This document shows, in pieces, positions 1 to 11,759 of a stretch of 64,000 bases of DNA. The notes under the pieces are model-generated. The model made no database searches. It was given only the letters and a program-made list of their open reading frames with translations, and was not told the origin of the DNA. The position numbers and the translations under genes were made by a program. Each line of letters opens with the position of its first letter. Within the stretch, counting starts at the first letter, position 1. Location: positions 92,506,001 through 92,570,000 of the forward strand of contig CM052816.1 in assembly GCA_028534125.1 (NCBI GenBank). The letters run 5' to 3'. The DNA comes from Lama glama. Lineage: Eukaryota.

Positions 1-344
1 AGTTGGACAGACTTTGACTCTAACAACACATCCTCCAAAATTAAAAATACAACTTATGATCAAACAAATGATATGGTAAAAAAAAATTGGCCTTTAGGTT
101 TTCCTTGTTTAACACAAAGTTGGGTTTTGACTTTGTGGTATACGCATATGCACGCACATGCATACAACCGTGTGTGTGTTTTAGGAAGAAAGAGATGTAA
201 ATTCTCAGGCATGTCTTGACTTCCTTTTTAAAATATTGAAGAAGTAAATGTTAGCAAAGAAATTAGGATATAAACACACAAGTTCCTTACAACATATTTA
301 CTTAGGAGGAAGTTGTACCTAAAATTAAAATGTTATATTCGGCT

Positions 345-450
345 CAACTCAACAAATACTTACTGTATGTCTAATGTGTGCCAAGCTTTGAGCTAGGACC
401 AGGGGCTGCGAAGACGATAAAGCCCCAGATTCTGCCCTGAATGGGGTATG
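345..450 (-). mobile_element. L2 LINE 3' fragment
   Basis: caacaaatacttactgtatgtctaatgtgtgccaagc...ctgccct resembles the reverse complement of the L2 3' end. Confidence 0.55.
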
Positions 451-1619
451 GACTACTGAAGAGAAAGGGACTCCAGGCATCACCACTGAGGGTGATGGAC
501 GCGGGGACGGCTGACTGAGGGGCCCATGAGGAGCCCTGAGACCTTCCTGCACTTCAGGTTAATCAATTATTTTTTAAACACAAAATGTAAGAACGGCCTA
601 TCTTTAAAACACTCATAGTAAATGCCTTCATAAGGAAAATAAATCTTTTATACAAAGGGGAAAATAACACATATACAGATACCATAAATACATTTATCTG
701 TGGTGTAAGTCAGGATTGGCTTAAAGGTGAAACAGACCCCTGAAGCAAAATACATGGAAACCACAAATACCAACACCGCACAGCCAACCTTCAAATAAAG
801 ACCAGCCATCGTTGAAAGTCAGGAAACACTTTCTGAGTGTCTTCTCGGTGGAGGGAAGAGTTCCCTTTTATCTGCCTTTCCACTTACCTCCCCACAACGC
901 CCGAGTCCAGGACATGTACTGGGCCAGTCTCTCCCACCAGGCAGAGCACATCGCTGGCTCAGCGAGAGCCTCCTGGGAAGCAAGCCCAGCCTTCCCGCTC
1001 CCCTCACCGCAGCCCTCTCTCCTGTGCACACCGGGACAAGACCTGGCCTCTGGGCAGGGCAAAGCAGGCCCCACCAGCTCAGGACCGAGGAGGCCGGGGG
1101 CCCCGCCAGGCAAAGAGGCCACGCCACAGGCTGCAATCCTATGCTGACTCAGACGCCTGTGTGAGGCAGTCAGGGTGGGGAAACGGGTACTTGCACAGCT
1201 GCCACCATCAAAAGTGTACTTTTATTCCCATCCCCCTGTGGTTCTTCAGGAGGACGACTCCAGCAGCCACTATGTGCCGGCCTCCAGGCCAGCAGCTGGA
1301 GGCGCGGGACAGGCAGTGCTTGACCTCAAGTGGCTTAAAGTATACCACAGGTCCCTTCTTTGTTAAACTGCATACAACACAGGCTCTGATTACTAACACT
1401 TCTAATGGCCCCAAAACCTTAAAAACAAACAAACAAGCAAACAAAAGGGGGGGAAGCTGAAAATCACTGTGGTAACTAGAAGCTGAAATAACCAAGAGGT
1501 GTGTGCCTTAACCACCACGTGGTGACAAAGACAAGGATTCAGACCCTCGGAGGGTGGGGAGTTAAAACTGAACCTCTGCAGAACACACAGACTCTCCACC
1601 AAGAGGCTCGGGCAAGAAT

Positions 1620-1820
1620 CACAGGCTCTTCCCGTAATGGGCCACAGAGTAAATAATGTTGGCTTCGAGAACTGTAAGGTTGGTCACAGCTACTCAACTT
1701 TACCATGTGTGAATATCACCATGGGCAATATGCAAACTAAAAGGTTCCAACAACATTTTATTTACAGAAACAGGTGGCATGTCAAATTCTGCCGGAAAGC
1801 CATAGTCCACTGATTTCTCA
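1620..1820. mobile_element. MER58A-like hAT-Charlie MITE
   Basis: gggccacagagtaaataatgttggctt...cagctactcaact...ttttatttacagaaacaggtggc resembles the recalled MER58 consensus. Confidence 0.7.
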
Positions 1821-2329
1821 ACGAGGTGAAAAAAAACCCTCTTCACTAACAAAGAGGGAGCATAAGAAAACTTTATGCCTTGGCCTGGGCTCTGACCTGG
1901 GGAGAGAGGAAGTCTCCCCTAAGAATTCATACCCACAGGCCGGCTCTCATGCAGGAACAGGGTGTGAATTCACAACAGCTGCAAGGCCCTGGAAACCCAA
2001 GCTTAGAAATGAATAGAAAGTGGCCCTGGGTGCCTGGCAGAAACAAGGCCAAATTCTCTCACACTCAAGCCAGGTTGCACAAACTCTGCACGGATACACA
2101 GAAGCTGGGGTTACAATCCAAACTTTGAAGAAACAAGAAATAAGCAAAAATAGCAATTGGCATAATTAGACCCGCCAGGATTTTCAGACAGTGGAATTAT
2201 CAGGCCCAAGGAGTATGTTTAGAAAGCCTTAAGAAATAAAAGGAATAAAAACCTAAGCAAAGAGCAATACATTATCCAAAAAAAAAGAAGACTAGGCAAA
2301 TATGGAGGGAAAATAACTTTTCAAAAAAA

Positions 2330-2840
2330 CAAAGGAAAAATTTCTGAAGGAACTGTCCAGAATGCAACAGAGACTAAAAATCAGAAAATACATATGAAAG
2401 GGTGTGTAACTGAGGGCCCTGGATGACTGAATGAGAGCTAGCAAACACCTTATTAGAGCTCTACAAGGAGTAAATAGAATAGGAAAAAGGCAACATTCAG
2501 AAAAATAATGGCTGAGACTTGTCCTGAATTGATGAAAATAGGCATTCTCAGATTCAAAAAGTAAAAAAAAAAATCCCAAGTAAAATGTTAAAATAAAAAT
2601 TTTTTAAAAGCCATACTTAGAGACATCAAGGAGAAACCGCAGGACACCAGACAACAAGAAGGAGGAAAGACAGATGACCTTACTTACAGATTAAGGATCA
2701 GACTGACTGCAGCATTTTCAACTACAAGGAAACCAGAAGACAATGGAATACAATCTTCAAACAAATTAGAGAAAACAACTACTCTTCTGCGGTTATTCCA
2801 GAAAGAAAGTGAAATAAAGACATTTTCTAACAGACAGAGC
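2330..2840 (+). mobile_element. Ancient L1 (L1M) ORF1-region remnant
   Basis: A-rich; gaaaaataatggctgagac...cagattcaa...atcagactgactgcagcattttc...agaagacaatggaata...gtgaaataaagacatttt is typical of L1 ORF1; frames disrupted. Confidence 0.7.
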
Positions 2841-4137
2841 TCCCCCCCGCCCCGAGGCCCGTCCACAGGATGTTGTCTCAGGAAGGGTGGGGAGCCCAGA
2901 AGGACCGAGGCGCAGTGTAAAGGGACGCACTGGAGCCTCGGACCAAGGCTGGGCGTGAGCCGGCCGCTGAAAGGCCAGAGCCCTGCCTCGGGCCTCCCTG
3001 GTGGACAGGAGAGGACCCCGCCGGGAGCCTGCGGCGTGCGACAGAGCGGGAGGCCCCGCAAAGGCGGCAGGAAGGAGCAATGGCTGAGGAAGCAATTTCT
3101 CCTCAGGAACATGACTCAGGACCGAGTCCGAGGGGAAGTGTGTGCAGCTGCAGCGGGGGAAGCGAGCCTCCTCTGAAGGCCACGGAGGACCACGGCGGCA
3201 TGGCCCGGACACACTCAGCTGGACCACCACAAAGGACATCTCCCGGGGCTGCCGCGGTGAAGAGCTCCTCCAGCTCCTTGTGAGCAAGACTCAAAAATTA
3301 CTATCAAAAACCCCACTCTGTACCTTGCATTCCTAATTATATGTAAAATATTTTGTTAACCATAAAATAAACAGGAGCTGGTCCTTAAAACAAACCAGTC
3401 GAACACACACGTTACACGGGTGATGTGCAAGAACACGCCACCTGTGGATCGTCTATGGCGTGTCCCATGTTGGAGCATCCTCCCTCGGCTCCCGCACGAG
3501 GCTGGCAGGGAAGTGAGGAGGCCCTCCACACACAGTCCTGCTGCCGGCCGTGCCCACAGCAGGGGCGGTCAGGAGGGGTGGCTCCCTGGAGCTGCAATGG
3601 GTCAACGGGTCCCGGTAGGGGTGAGCAGAGCAGGCATGACTGAACAGAAACATGCGCACAGAATCATGAAACGATAAGAGAATTAGTGCGGTCAATCTCA
3701 TGACTGTTCTTTCTGTAAGTTAATCAAATTCACATGGCCATCTGCACGCAAAGACCCAGAGAGCCAGCTTCTCAATAAGGCCTTCCACTAGAATTGAAAA
3801 ACGCACTTCAAACCCAAACTGTCCAAGAATATAAGGAAATCAAGAACTGTGAGAGAGTGCTGTCAAGAGATTAACCAAATCCTTACAGGTGCAAAAATGA
3901 CTTGAATGTCAAGAACACACAGGGAACATACTTGCATTAAAATCTGAAAACCTTAGGAAACAGTATTTCCCAAACATATGTCAGTAAGCGAATAATCTGA
4001 TGCAGGTAAGACCACATGCATAAGACCACTTCCGAGGAAGTACATCTCAGTATTTTATGAAAATGGATATATTGATTTAACTGCATTTTCTACTATAAAC
4101 GGTAAGAACTCTATACATAAAACAATTCCAAACATAC

Positions 4138-4214
4138 CTGATGACCCTCTTTCATGTATAAGTAATTCTTTCTCCTTTTCTATTTCATCCGCGTCACGAT
4201 ACATGTCCTCTTCG
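4138..4214 (-). CDS. OTULIN: OTULIN coding exon 2, 77 nt, encodes the PUB-interacting motif (PIM)
   Basis: tttcAG acceptor (4216-4215) and G|GTATGT donor (4137-4136). Phase 2 joins exon 1 to give (H)EEDMYRDADEIEKEKELLIHERGSS, versus recalled human HEEDMYRAADEIEKEKELLIHERGAS. Later exons not found in the window. Confidence 0.96.
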
Positions 4215-5779
4215 CTGAAATCACACCAAATTAGACATTTCAAAAACTTGTTGCACTGACATTTTCCCTCTTATCACAATATGCAGCTGCCTAAAAAATG
4301 TGTAAGACATGTAAAGTTTAACTTTTTCACATTACATGATGACAATCTGATAAAATATGGGTCTTTTATCTTAGACTCATGTTTCTAGCATTCTAATTCA
4401 GAGGTTTTTTACTTTAAATGAGACATTTTATGCCACTTCACTGGCTACAAGGCTCTGAAACCATTTTAATTTAACATCTATTAATGTCTCAACCACATAG
4501 GTAAGCACCTAAGCACATGTCTTATCAGTGAAGCTGTGCCATGATTCTTCAAGCTCCAAGAATGGAGATAGTGCTAATAAAAGTATTTATATAGGCGTGC
4601 AGGCCAATGACCAACTTTAGTGTGTCACAGGTAAATTTTACAATAGCTACTCCAAAAATAAGGACAGGGGAACATCAATTATTACAAGTCCCCAAACCTA
4701 CAAACCTCCCCACGGCTCCGCCTCCTCCCCCGGGACCCCTACAAGCAAGCAGCCACCTGCCTTCCGTGAGCACATTCCCGCTGCCCCACATACCTCCACA
4801 GGGCCTTACACGACGGCTCCCTAAAGAGCCTCCAGGCTCATTTCGTGACCTAACAAGGACCTACAGAGTACTAGAAAGGGAGAAAACCCCACTGGGCGCT
4901 GGACAAGGATGAAAAGCAGGACTCCTGAGTTTTAAGATGCTTCCTTTTCAAGAATACACCACAACATGACAATGATGAGAAACAGAAATGCCAATTCTAT
5001 CTTTGCTGAGACCACAAGATATGTGAAAGCCCAAACAGTCCAGAAGCGGAAGGAGGGGCAGTGAGTGATGGAGGGGCACCTGCTGGAAGGGAAGACCAGT
5101 GGACCCTGCAGGGTCCCAGAAAGCCTCAGGAACTCGGGATGCCAAGAACTTCAGAGGGTACAGGGGACACCCAGAGCTGAAAACAAGGAAACTGGCTGAC
5201 GCACACGTAAGGAGAGATCCGACCCCCAATTCCCTATACTCCCTCCCCATGCCAGCACACCCCCAAACCTCACCCAGGATGGAAGGCTCCAGGCACAACG
5301 GAACCTGAAAGGATGAGTTAATAAGTTAATACAAAATAAGAAATTAAGTGAATGACTCAAGATACTCCTGTCCTCAATTCCCTTAGCACCCCAGCGCCTA
5401 GTGCACAGCTTCACACAGCTGGGGAGGGGAAGGGGTGAGAGGGAGCAAGAGACAGACGAAGAAGGGGCGCCGAGAGAGGCAGGCTGAGGTGTGGAGTCTA
5501 ACGCATCCCAGGCCCTCCACCCTCTGAAACCCTTCAAAGGCTCCCAAATTAGCAGGGACGTCTAAATCTGGACCTAACCCGCCACGCTAGCCTGTATTCT
5601 GTGATTCAGATATACACACCCGCACTTCAGTCCAAACACTTGGCCAACACTAACCTGTGCTTTTACACCTGTGACTGGCTCCATCTATGCCCTCTGCATG
5701 GGTGGCTCACCGCCCACCGCACCAGGGCACGTGCTGTGTGGGTGAGCTCACTGTCGAGTGCCAAGGCTGGAGTTGGAGT

Positions 5780-5960
5780 GTCAGGGCTCAACCACTCCTC
5801 ATTCCAGCCCTCATCACCCATATGTATGACCATGGAACTAAAGTGACTATACTTCTCAGTGCCTAAATTTAATCACCTGTAAAAAGGACAGTACTCACCT
5901 CAAGAGACTCCTGTGAAAATAGACACACAAATTACTTAGCACTCAAAAAAGTTAGCTAGT
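5780..5960 (+). mobile_element. MIR SINE
   Basis: tgtatgaccatgg...aagtgactatacttctcagtgcct...acctgtaaaa...tactcacctca resembles the MIR core. Confidence 0.6.
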
Positions 5961-6394
5961 CTTAATAACGCTCATCCTATATCCATGCGTGCAGAGTAGT
6001 GATGCAAAATTCGCCCAAAGATCATTTCTTACTCCCTTTTTTCAAAATCTCTAAATAAAGGTGATATATTTTTTTTCAAGTTGTGGGGTTGAGGGGCCGT
6101 ATTAGGGAAAAGGTACTTTCCATGTGCTCTAACCCCAGTGAGATTTCAAGTAAAAGGTGTGATGTCAACCATGGAGCCTGTGCCAGGGTTAAAAGCAAAC
6201 AGAAACCAGATTCACAGGAACTATACATCAAACGCCTAAAATAAAAAGTGACTAAATGTGTTAGTTCTTCTTTTAATAGTTTGATGATATCTTTTGACCT
6301 CCTTCCTAGCTTTATCAAGTAGGAGAGAAATTCTGATCCTGTAAAACAGGCATTTAAGTGAATTATTTTCCTATCATTATCAGAAGCATGTCTT

Positions 6395-6500
6395 TGTGGA
6401 AGCCACTTCCCTAATCTTGGCCTCAGTTTTCTCATCTTCAAAATGAGAAGACCGGACGAGATCTAAATAACCTGCAAGGTTCCTCTTCCAATTCTTAGTT
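6395..6500 (+). mobile_element. MIR SINE fragment
   Basis: aagccacttccctaatcttggcctcagttttctcatcttcaaaatgag is a MIR core match. Confidence 0.7.
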
Positions 6501-9500
6501 CTAACAGACTATGAATCTATTTGTCCATAAACATGTTACTTCAAGCAAATTCTGTGGCTGTGGGCATGCGTCTCTGCCTCCACTCTTGTCCTCCTTCTGT
6601 CTAATCCACAAAATAGCCAAAGTGCAACGGCAACACCAGTGCCCAAGAAGAGGCTCTCTGAACAAGCATCTCTGTGTACAGCCGCAAACACGAATTCCCA
6701 GAGACCAACAGGAGAGGAATAAAACGAAGTCAACATAAGAAGCCAAAGGGAAGACAGAGCAGAAAGGAAGATTACTGGAAATAAAAAAAGTAGTGATTGA
6801 AGACATACAAACAAATTAAAGCAGAAACTGATGAATGGGAGGCCCAGAGTATATTCAAATTACTTCAGCCACAACTAGATTTCATTCTGATCCCATGCAC
6901 AAATGTTTGCTTACTTGTTTGTCCATGGCCATTCACCAAGGACATGTAACCAAGGACATCTGCTAACTTGCCAGGGCCACCAGGGAAACTGTAATATGGC
7001 CTTTAAAGGCCACTTTGAAAATGATCCTAAAGCTGTGTTTCCTTGGAGAGAGGATAAGTTATAGGTTCAAGCAATAAAATTCAATTGATATGGTCAGAAG
7101 AGTAGACATTTAACAGCCAAAATGAAACACATCCAACATAAGGACAATCAGCTGGAAAGCCAGAAAGGTCTGTGAAAACAAGAAAAATTTTAAAAACCCT
7201 TTATTTAAGAAAATACTTCACTGAATAAATTTTTGCTTTAACTTTTTTAAGTAGCAAAATATTAAAACTGAAACAACAAGAGAACAAAATTAGATTCACA
7301 GTTGGGAATCTAAAATAGCTAGAGGTTTAAATTTTTGTTATGGGAAGGGAAGAGGGCAAAACAATGAAAGGAAAGGGGCTATTACATGATAAGATAAACT
7401 CCTCCATGCTGGCCAGTTTCAGAAACTTGGCAATCTTTTGTGTGTGTCAAGTTGGGGTGGGAGTGAAGAGTGACCAGCATTTGGCACAAAAGAGGCCACT
7501 GAAGTACACAGGCTCAAATGATCACAATAGCAAAGTTTCCTTCTAGAAAACATACAGATCACTAGAAAAGTAGTGTAGAAAAGTAAGACAAAGTCTTAAA
7601 TGTGCCCTGATTTCTTGGGGACCATGGCATGTGAGTCATACTCAATTACACAGTCAAATTTTAAAACCAAAATGCTAATAATTCCTACTTAGAAAATTAC
7701 TGGTTTAGCATCATGTTATTTTAAAGTGTGTATTTTCAAACTCTCATTTTCTTAGAGATGAAATACTTTATTCTTAATATTAAGACAATACACATCATTG
7801 AGTAAGTTACATGACCTTGCATACTAAATTATAACCTTCCACTTTCTGTTCAAAGACTTGCATAACAGATGTTTGAAAACTTAATTTAAAAATGCTTACT
7901 ACATATAGACAAAATTATACTATTTCCCAAAACAAAAGTATAAGCTAAAAACACAGAGCTCCATGAAGCAGAAGACACTCCTGTGAAGTCAATTTTTCAA
8001 TTTCTGATACAAGTATATACATGATATGAAAAAAGTCAATTCTAACGTATATGCAAAGCTAACAAGACAACATTTTAATCACTCACCGTTATGAACATTT
8101 GCGCCAAGTTCCCCTTAGTTATCTGAAAAAGCTAAATTGAGTATGACTTTGTTCAGCTCTCTGGACTTGAATGCTGCAGTTCATGCTTAACTTGGCCTGT
8201 CCTAGAAGACTAATGGCCCAGGCAGTGCTGGTGAGACAGTGTCAACCACTGTGACACCAATGCACCATCCCACACAGGCACAGGAAAAGTAAAGACCACT
8301 CAACCCAGCCTGTCTTCACCTCTTAGCGGTTGTATAGATGAGTGAACAACACATCAAATGCAGGAAAGTACCGGCACGCAGGCCAAGATTCCACCTCCTT
8401 CCTACAAGTGGACTTTCCACGACTGGATCATTGCTACTCCACGTGACACCCTCCACAATGAGGTTTCTCAGAGACATCCCAGCCCTGAAGCAGGTTCTAC
8501 CCTCAGGTGGGGGAAAGGGCAGGAGGGTGTAGCTGTTACCCCACCAAAAATAGCCTTCTAAGGCTGCTAAGGTGTGAGATGGGTGGGAAAACAAATCTGC
8601 ACAATAGTACAAATAGCAACACCTGAGAACAATGGTTTAACAAGCTGCTGTTCACAGCTCTTTGGAGAATCTACAGCTTTCATCAGAATCTCAGTCCAGA
8701 AAAACATAAATATACATATAATTCTTTCTTCAATTTCAGAGGGGTACAAAGACACATGTTCCTTTCTACACACAGCAAGCCTGTGGACCCCAGATTCAAG
8801 CCCTGTCCCACTGACAGGCAGATAAAGAAGGACCACGGATGGAGCAGCCTCATTGCTCAATTTCCTAAGGATGTCAAGCCTGGCCACCAACCATGTCCCA
8901 GGACCATTCTGATCCTCAAGGACTGTAGTATTGGCTTAGTTAAGAGCAAGAAGTAGACACAGCATAAGTTGCAATTGTACAGGTCAAGTGAGCAGGGGAC
9001 AGAGTATAGGAGACCTGCTGACAGCAGGAGTTCCCCAGAAAGTCAACAAAATGTGGTCTGGCCCAATACTTCTTCAAAAGGAACCCTAAGTCATCTTGTG
9101 AGCCATCCATATGGCTTGTCCAAGGAATGCCAGCCAACCACAGCTCTCAAGTGAACTAAGAAAAAAAGGAAAGAAAGAAAAGGAAGGAAAGAGATCTAGA
9201 AACTAGCTTATCCATATGGTTTTTAAGTCTTTTTTCTCCACTATTTCCCTTCCAAAACACAGTGATCTCAGTCAAAAGGAATCAGTATTCTACAGAGCTG
9301 CCCAGGAAATGAGCCATCCCTTCCCGTACCCATCACTGCACCCCTCAAAGAGTCACAGCCTGAGTGAGCAATGGCTGCAGAAGTTGGGCTATGATTTGTA
9401 TTCATAATTGCTATCTACTGAATGTATTTAAATGCCTTTGCAAGTTATCTCAAAATATCTGCATCTTACAGTGTTTCATATTTCCAGGTGCAAAGATTTT

Positions 9501-11759
9501 ACTCAATTCGTGTGCTGGGCAAACCCAATTCTCTGGGTGGGAAGAAGGGACTGGCTCCAATGACAGAAAAACATAAGGTTTAAAAACTATTTGACGACTT
9601 AATTCAGGCACTACTTTATTTATTTAAATCTACACTCAACTATTAGGCTGCATACATCACCATGTAAAAGCTGGTGTGCACACATCATATTGCAAACTAT
9701 ATAATAAGCAATGTTTATGTAATGCAGCATGGCTGCTCCAGCCCTTGAGAAAATATCACAGAGCAAGAAGCAACCCCACTGCCCACATATTAAGCAAGAA
9801 AGCCCAAAACGTAAGATGTTGACGTTCAGAAGTTGACATTTGAAGTTATTGTCACCTCTTTCCCTTACTCCCCCTTGCTCTCTTATGAGACTTAAAAGAG
9901 AATGAGATGGCCAAAGACAACAAAAATAGGAAGAAAAAGCAACTACGCTATGAAATAAAACAGTAAATTGGAACATCTATTCCAGGAAAAAAAAAAAAAA
10001 AAGTAAAGTCGGCCGTCATCAGAAGTCACATCCCTCTGCCTAGTGTTGCTGAGAAGTCAGAGAGAAATAGTGGGGAGGTTCCTACCCAGGCATCAGGGAA
10101 CCTGGCCCTGAAGCCTACTCCCTGGACAAGCTGCACCTATCAAATCTGCAAGTCGTTTTCCTAATGTGTAAAATGACAAACCTAGGCCGGGGTTTTTTAG
10201 ATTCCTTTCAGCTCTAAGCCTATAATTCTATTGACAGTCAGTGGCCACTGTGCCACAAAACCTTCCCATCAGGAAAGAGTGTTCCTTTCGCACCATGACC
10301 CATTTCCCCAGGTGCTCAGGCTCTGGGAACCACATACAGCAGAAAAACTTGCCAAATAACTATGCACATGTTGGGCACTGTGGTTCTGATTTCCAAGTTT
10401 CCACATCTCCTGGGAGGCATGAAACTGCTGAGGCTGAGAAGCAGCATCTGAAGGCCAGGGCCACTAGGTGGGGGCCCAGCTCAGACCACCAGGGCATGAG
10501 CAAGGTAGCAGCAGCCAGCCTGGCAGCAGCAGTTAAAAACTAGCCTGGGCTGGGAAGGGGTAAAGGCACTTTACCCGCTGCAGAGGCTGAGGAAGGTCTC
10601 AAACCCAGGGAGCAAAACAGCAGCCACAGGTCACATCAGCTCACACGTGGGCCTACACAGTGGTTTCAATTTAAAAATAAAATAAAATGCTACTGTTTAA
10701 AAACCAGAACATTTTAGAATATCTGAACTCTTTAAATACAGAAAATCCAGCAACTAGAGGCCAGAACTTGGTAGACCCAGCCCGAACGGACCCAGCTCTC
10801 CAGGAATCCACAGACTGCACCTACCCAGCTTCACTCACTTCAGTTACGTGCCTAGCTCCTGAGGGCAGGAGTTTAAGACTTTCTGCTCTAAATCTTTCCC
10901 AGGGGCCATTAATCGTGTGGGTAACACTATCTCAAGGGGTTTGGGTGCTCTGTAAATGAGAATGTCAAAGCCCACAGTAAAGAAGCATATAAGCGAGAAT
11001 TATTACAATATCTGCAATAACAGTCCCCACTCCTAGGACCCCTTTTTAGGAAATGGGGAGAAAAAGTGGAGTTTCTGGTCAATTAAGATATCTGTCAAAC
11101 TGGTTATTCGAGTGCTTTTGTCACTTTTGGAATTCCAAAGGCATTTATATATGACTAGAACTTGAAAGTGCAGAGAAGTTTCAGCCTTCAAGTTTATATT
11201 CTGCTTCCGTCCCTTTCCCCAGATCCTTGCAGAAACTCTAAACTTTCCTGATTTAAGCCACCTTCTTTACAGTTCAATAAATCATTGATCTAACCAACAC
11301 TGCCTTTCCGATTTAAAAACAAAGAGGGTTGGAGATATCTAGTTAAGCCGCTAACTGGCAAAACAGAACAGGGTCAGACTCCGTCCAAAGTCTGTCCAAC
11401 AGGTGGGACACTCATCAGGCGGCAACTTGCCTTCCAAGAACAAACGTGTCGCGTGGCTCAGCTTTCCTGTGCCTATGACACTGACAACCTTACTTTCTTC
11501 CCGCACCAGGTTGGAGGAAAGATCTAATAGGAATGAGTTTTCAAACAATCTGCTTCTAGAGTTTCTTCCCCAAGTTTCTGGAGTTTTCTTTAACGTTAAA
11601 GCTATGGAGATGTCAAAATAGCGGGTGGGGTAGAGGCAATGGATAAGCAGAATTTCAAGATGGGCCTTCCGGGAAAACTTCTGTACGGGGACACTGGACG
11701 AGTGTCTTCAGATTCCTCTCTGTCGCTAACCTTACTTAGAAGCCGAGGTGGGAAGGGCC

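Noticed and set aside
430..470. atggactactg segment faintly resembling OTULIN exon 3 (MDYC)
   Set aside because: Wrong strand, interrupted by TGA, and at the edge of an L2 remnant; exon 3 presumably lies outside the window.
837..1460. 207-aa plus-strand ORF and overlapping ORFs in OTULIN intron 2
   Set aside because: Non-ATG start, GC-rich, no recognisable protein family; expected by chance.
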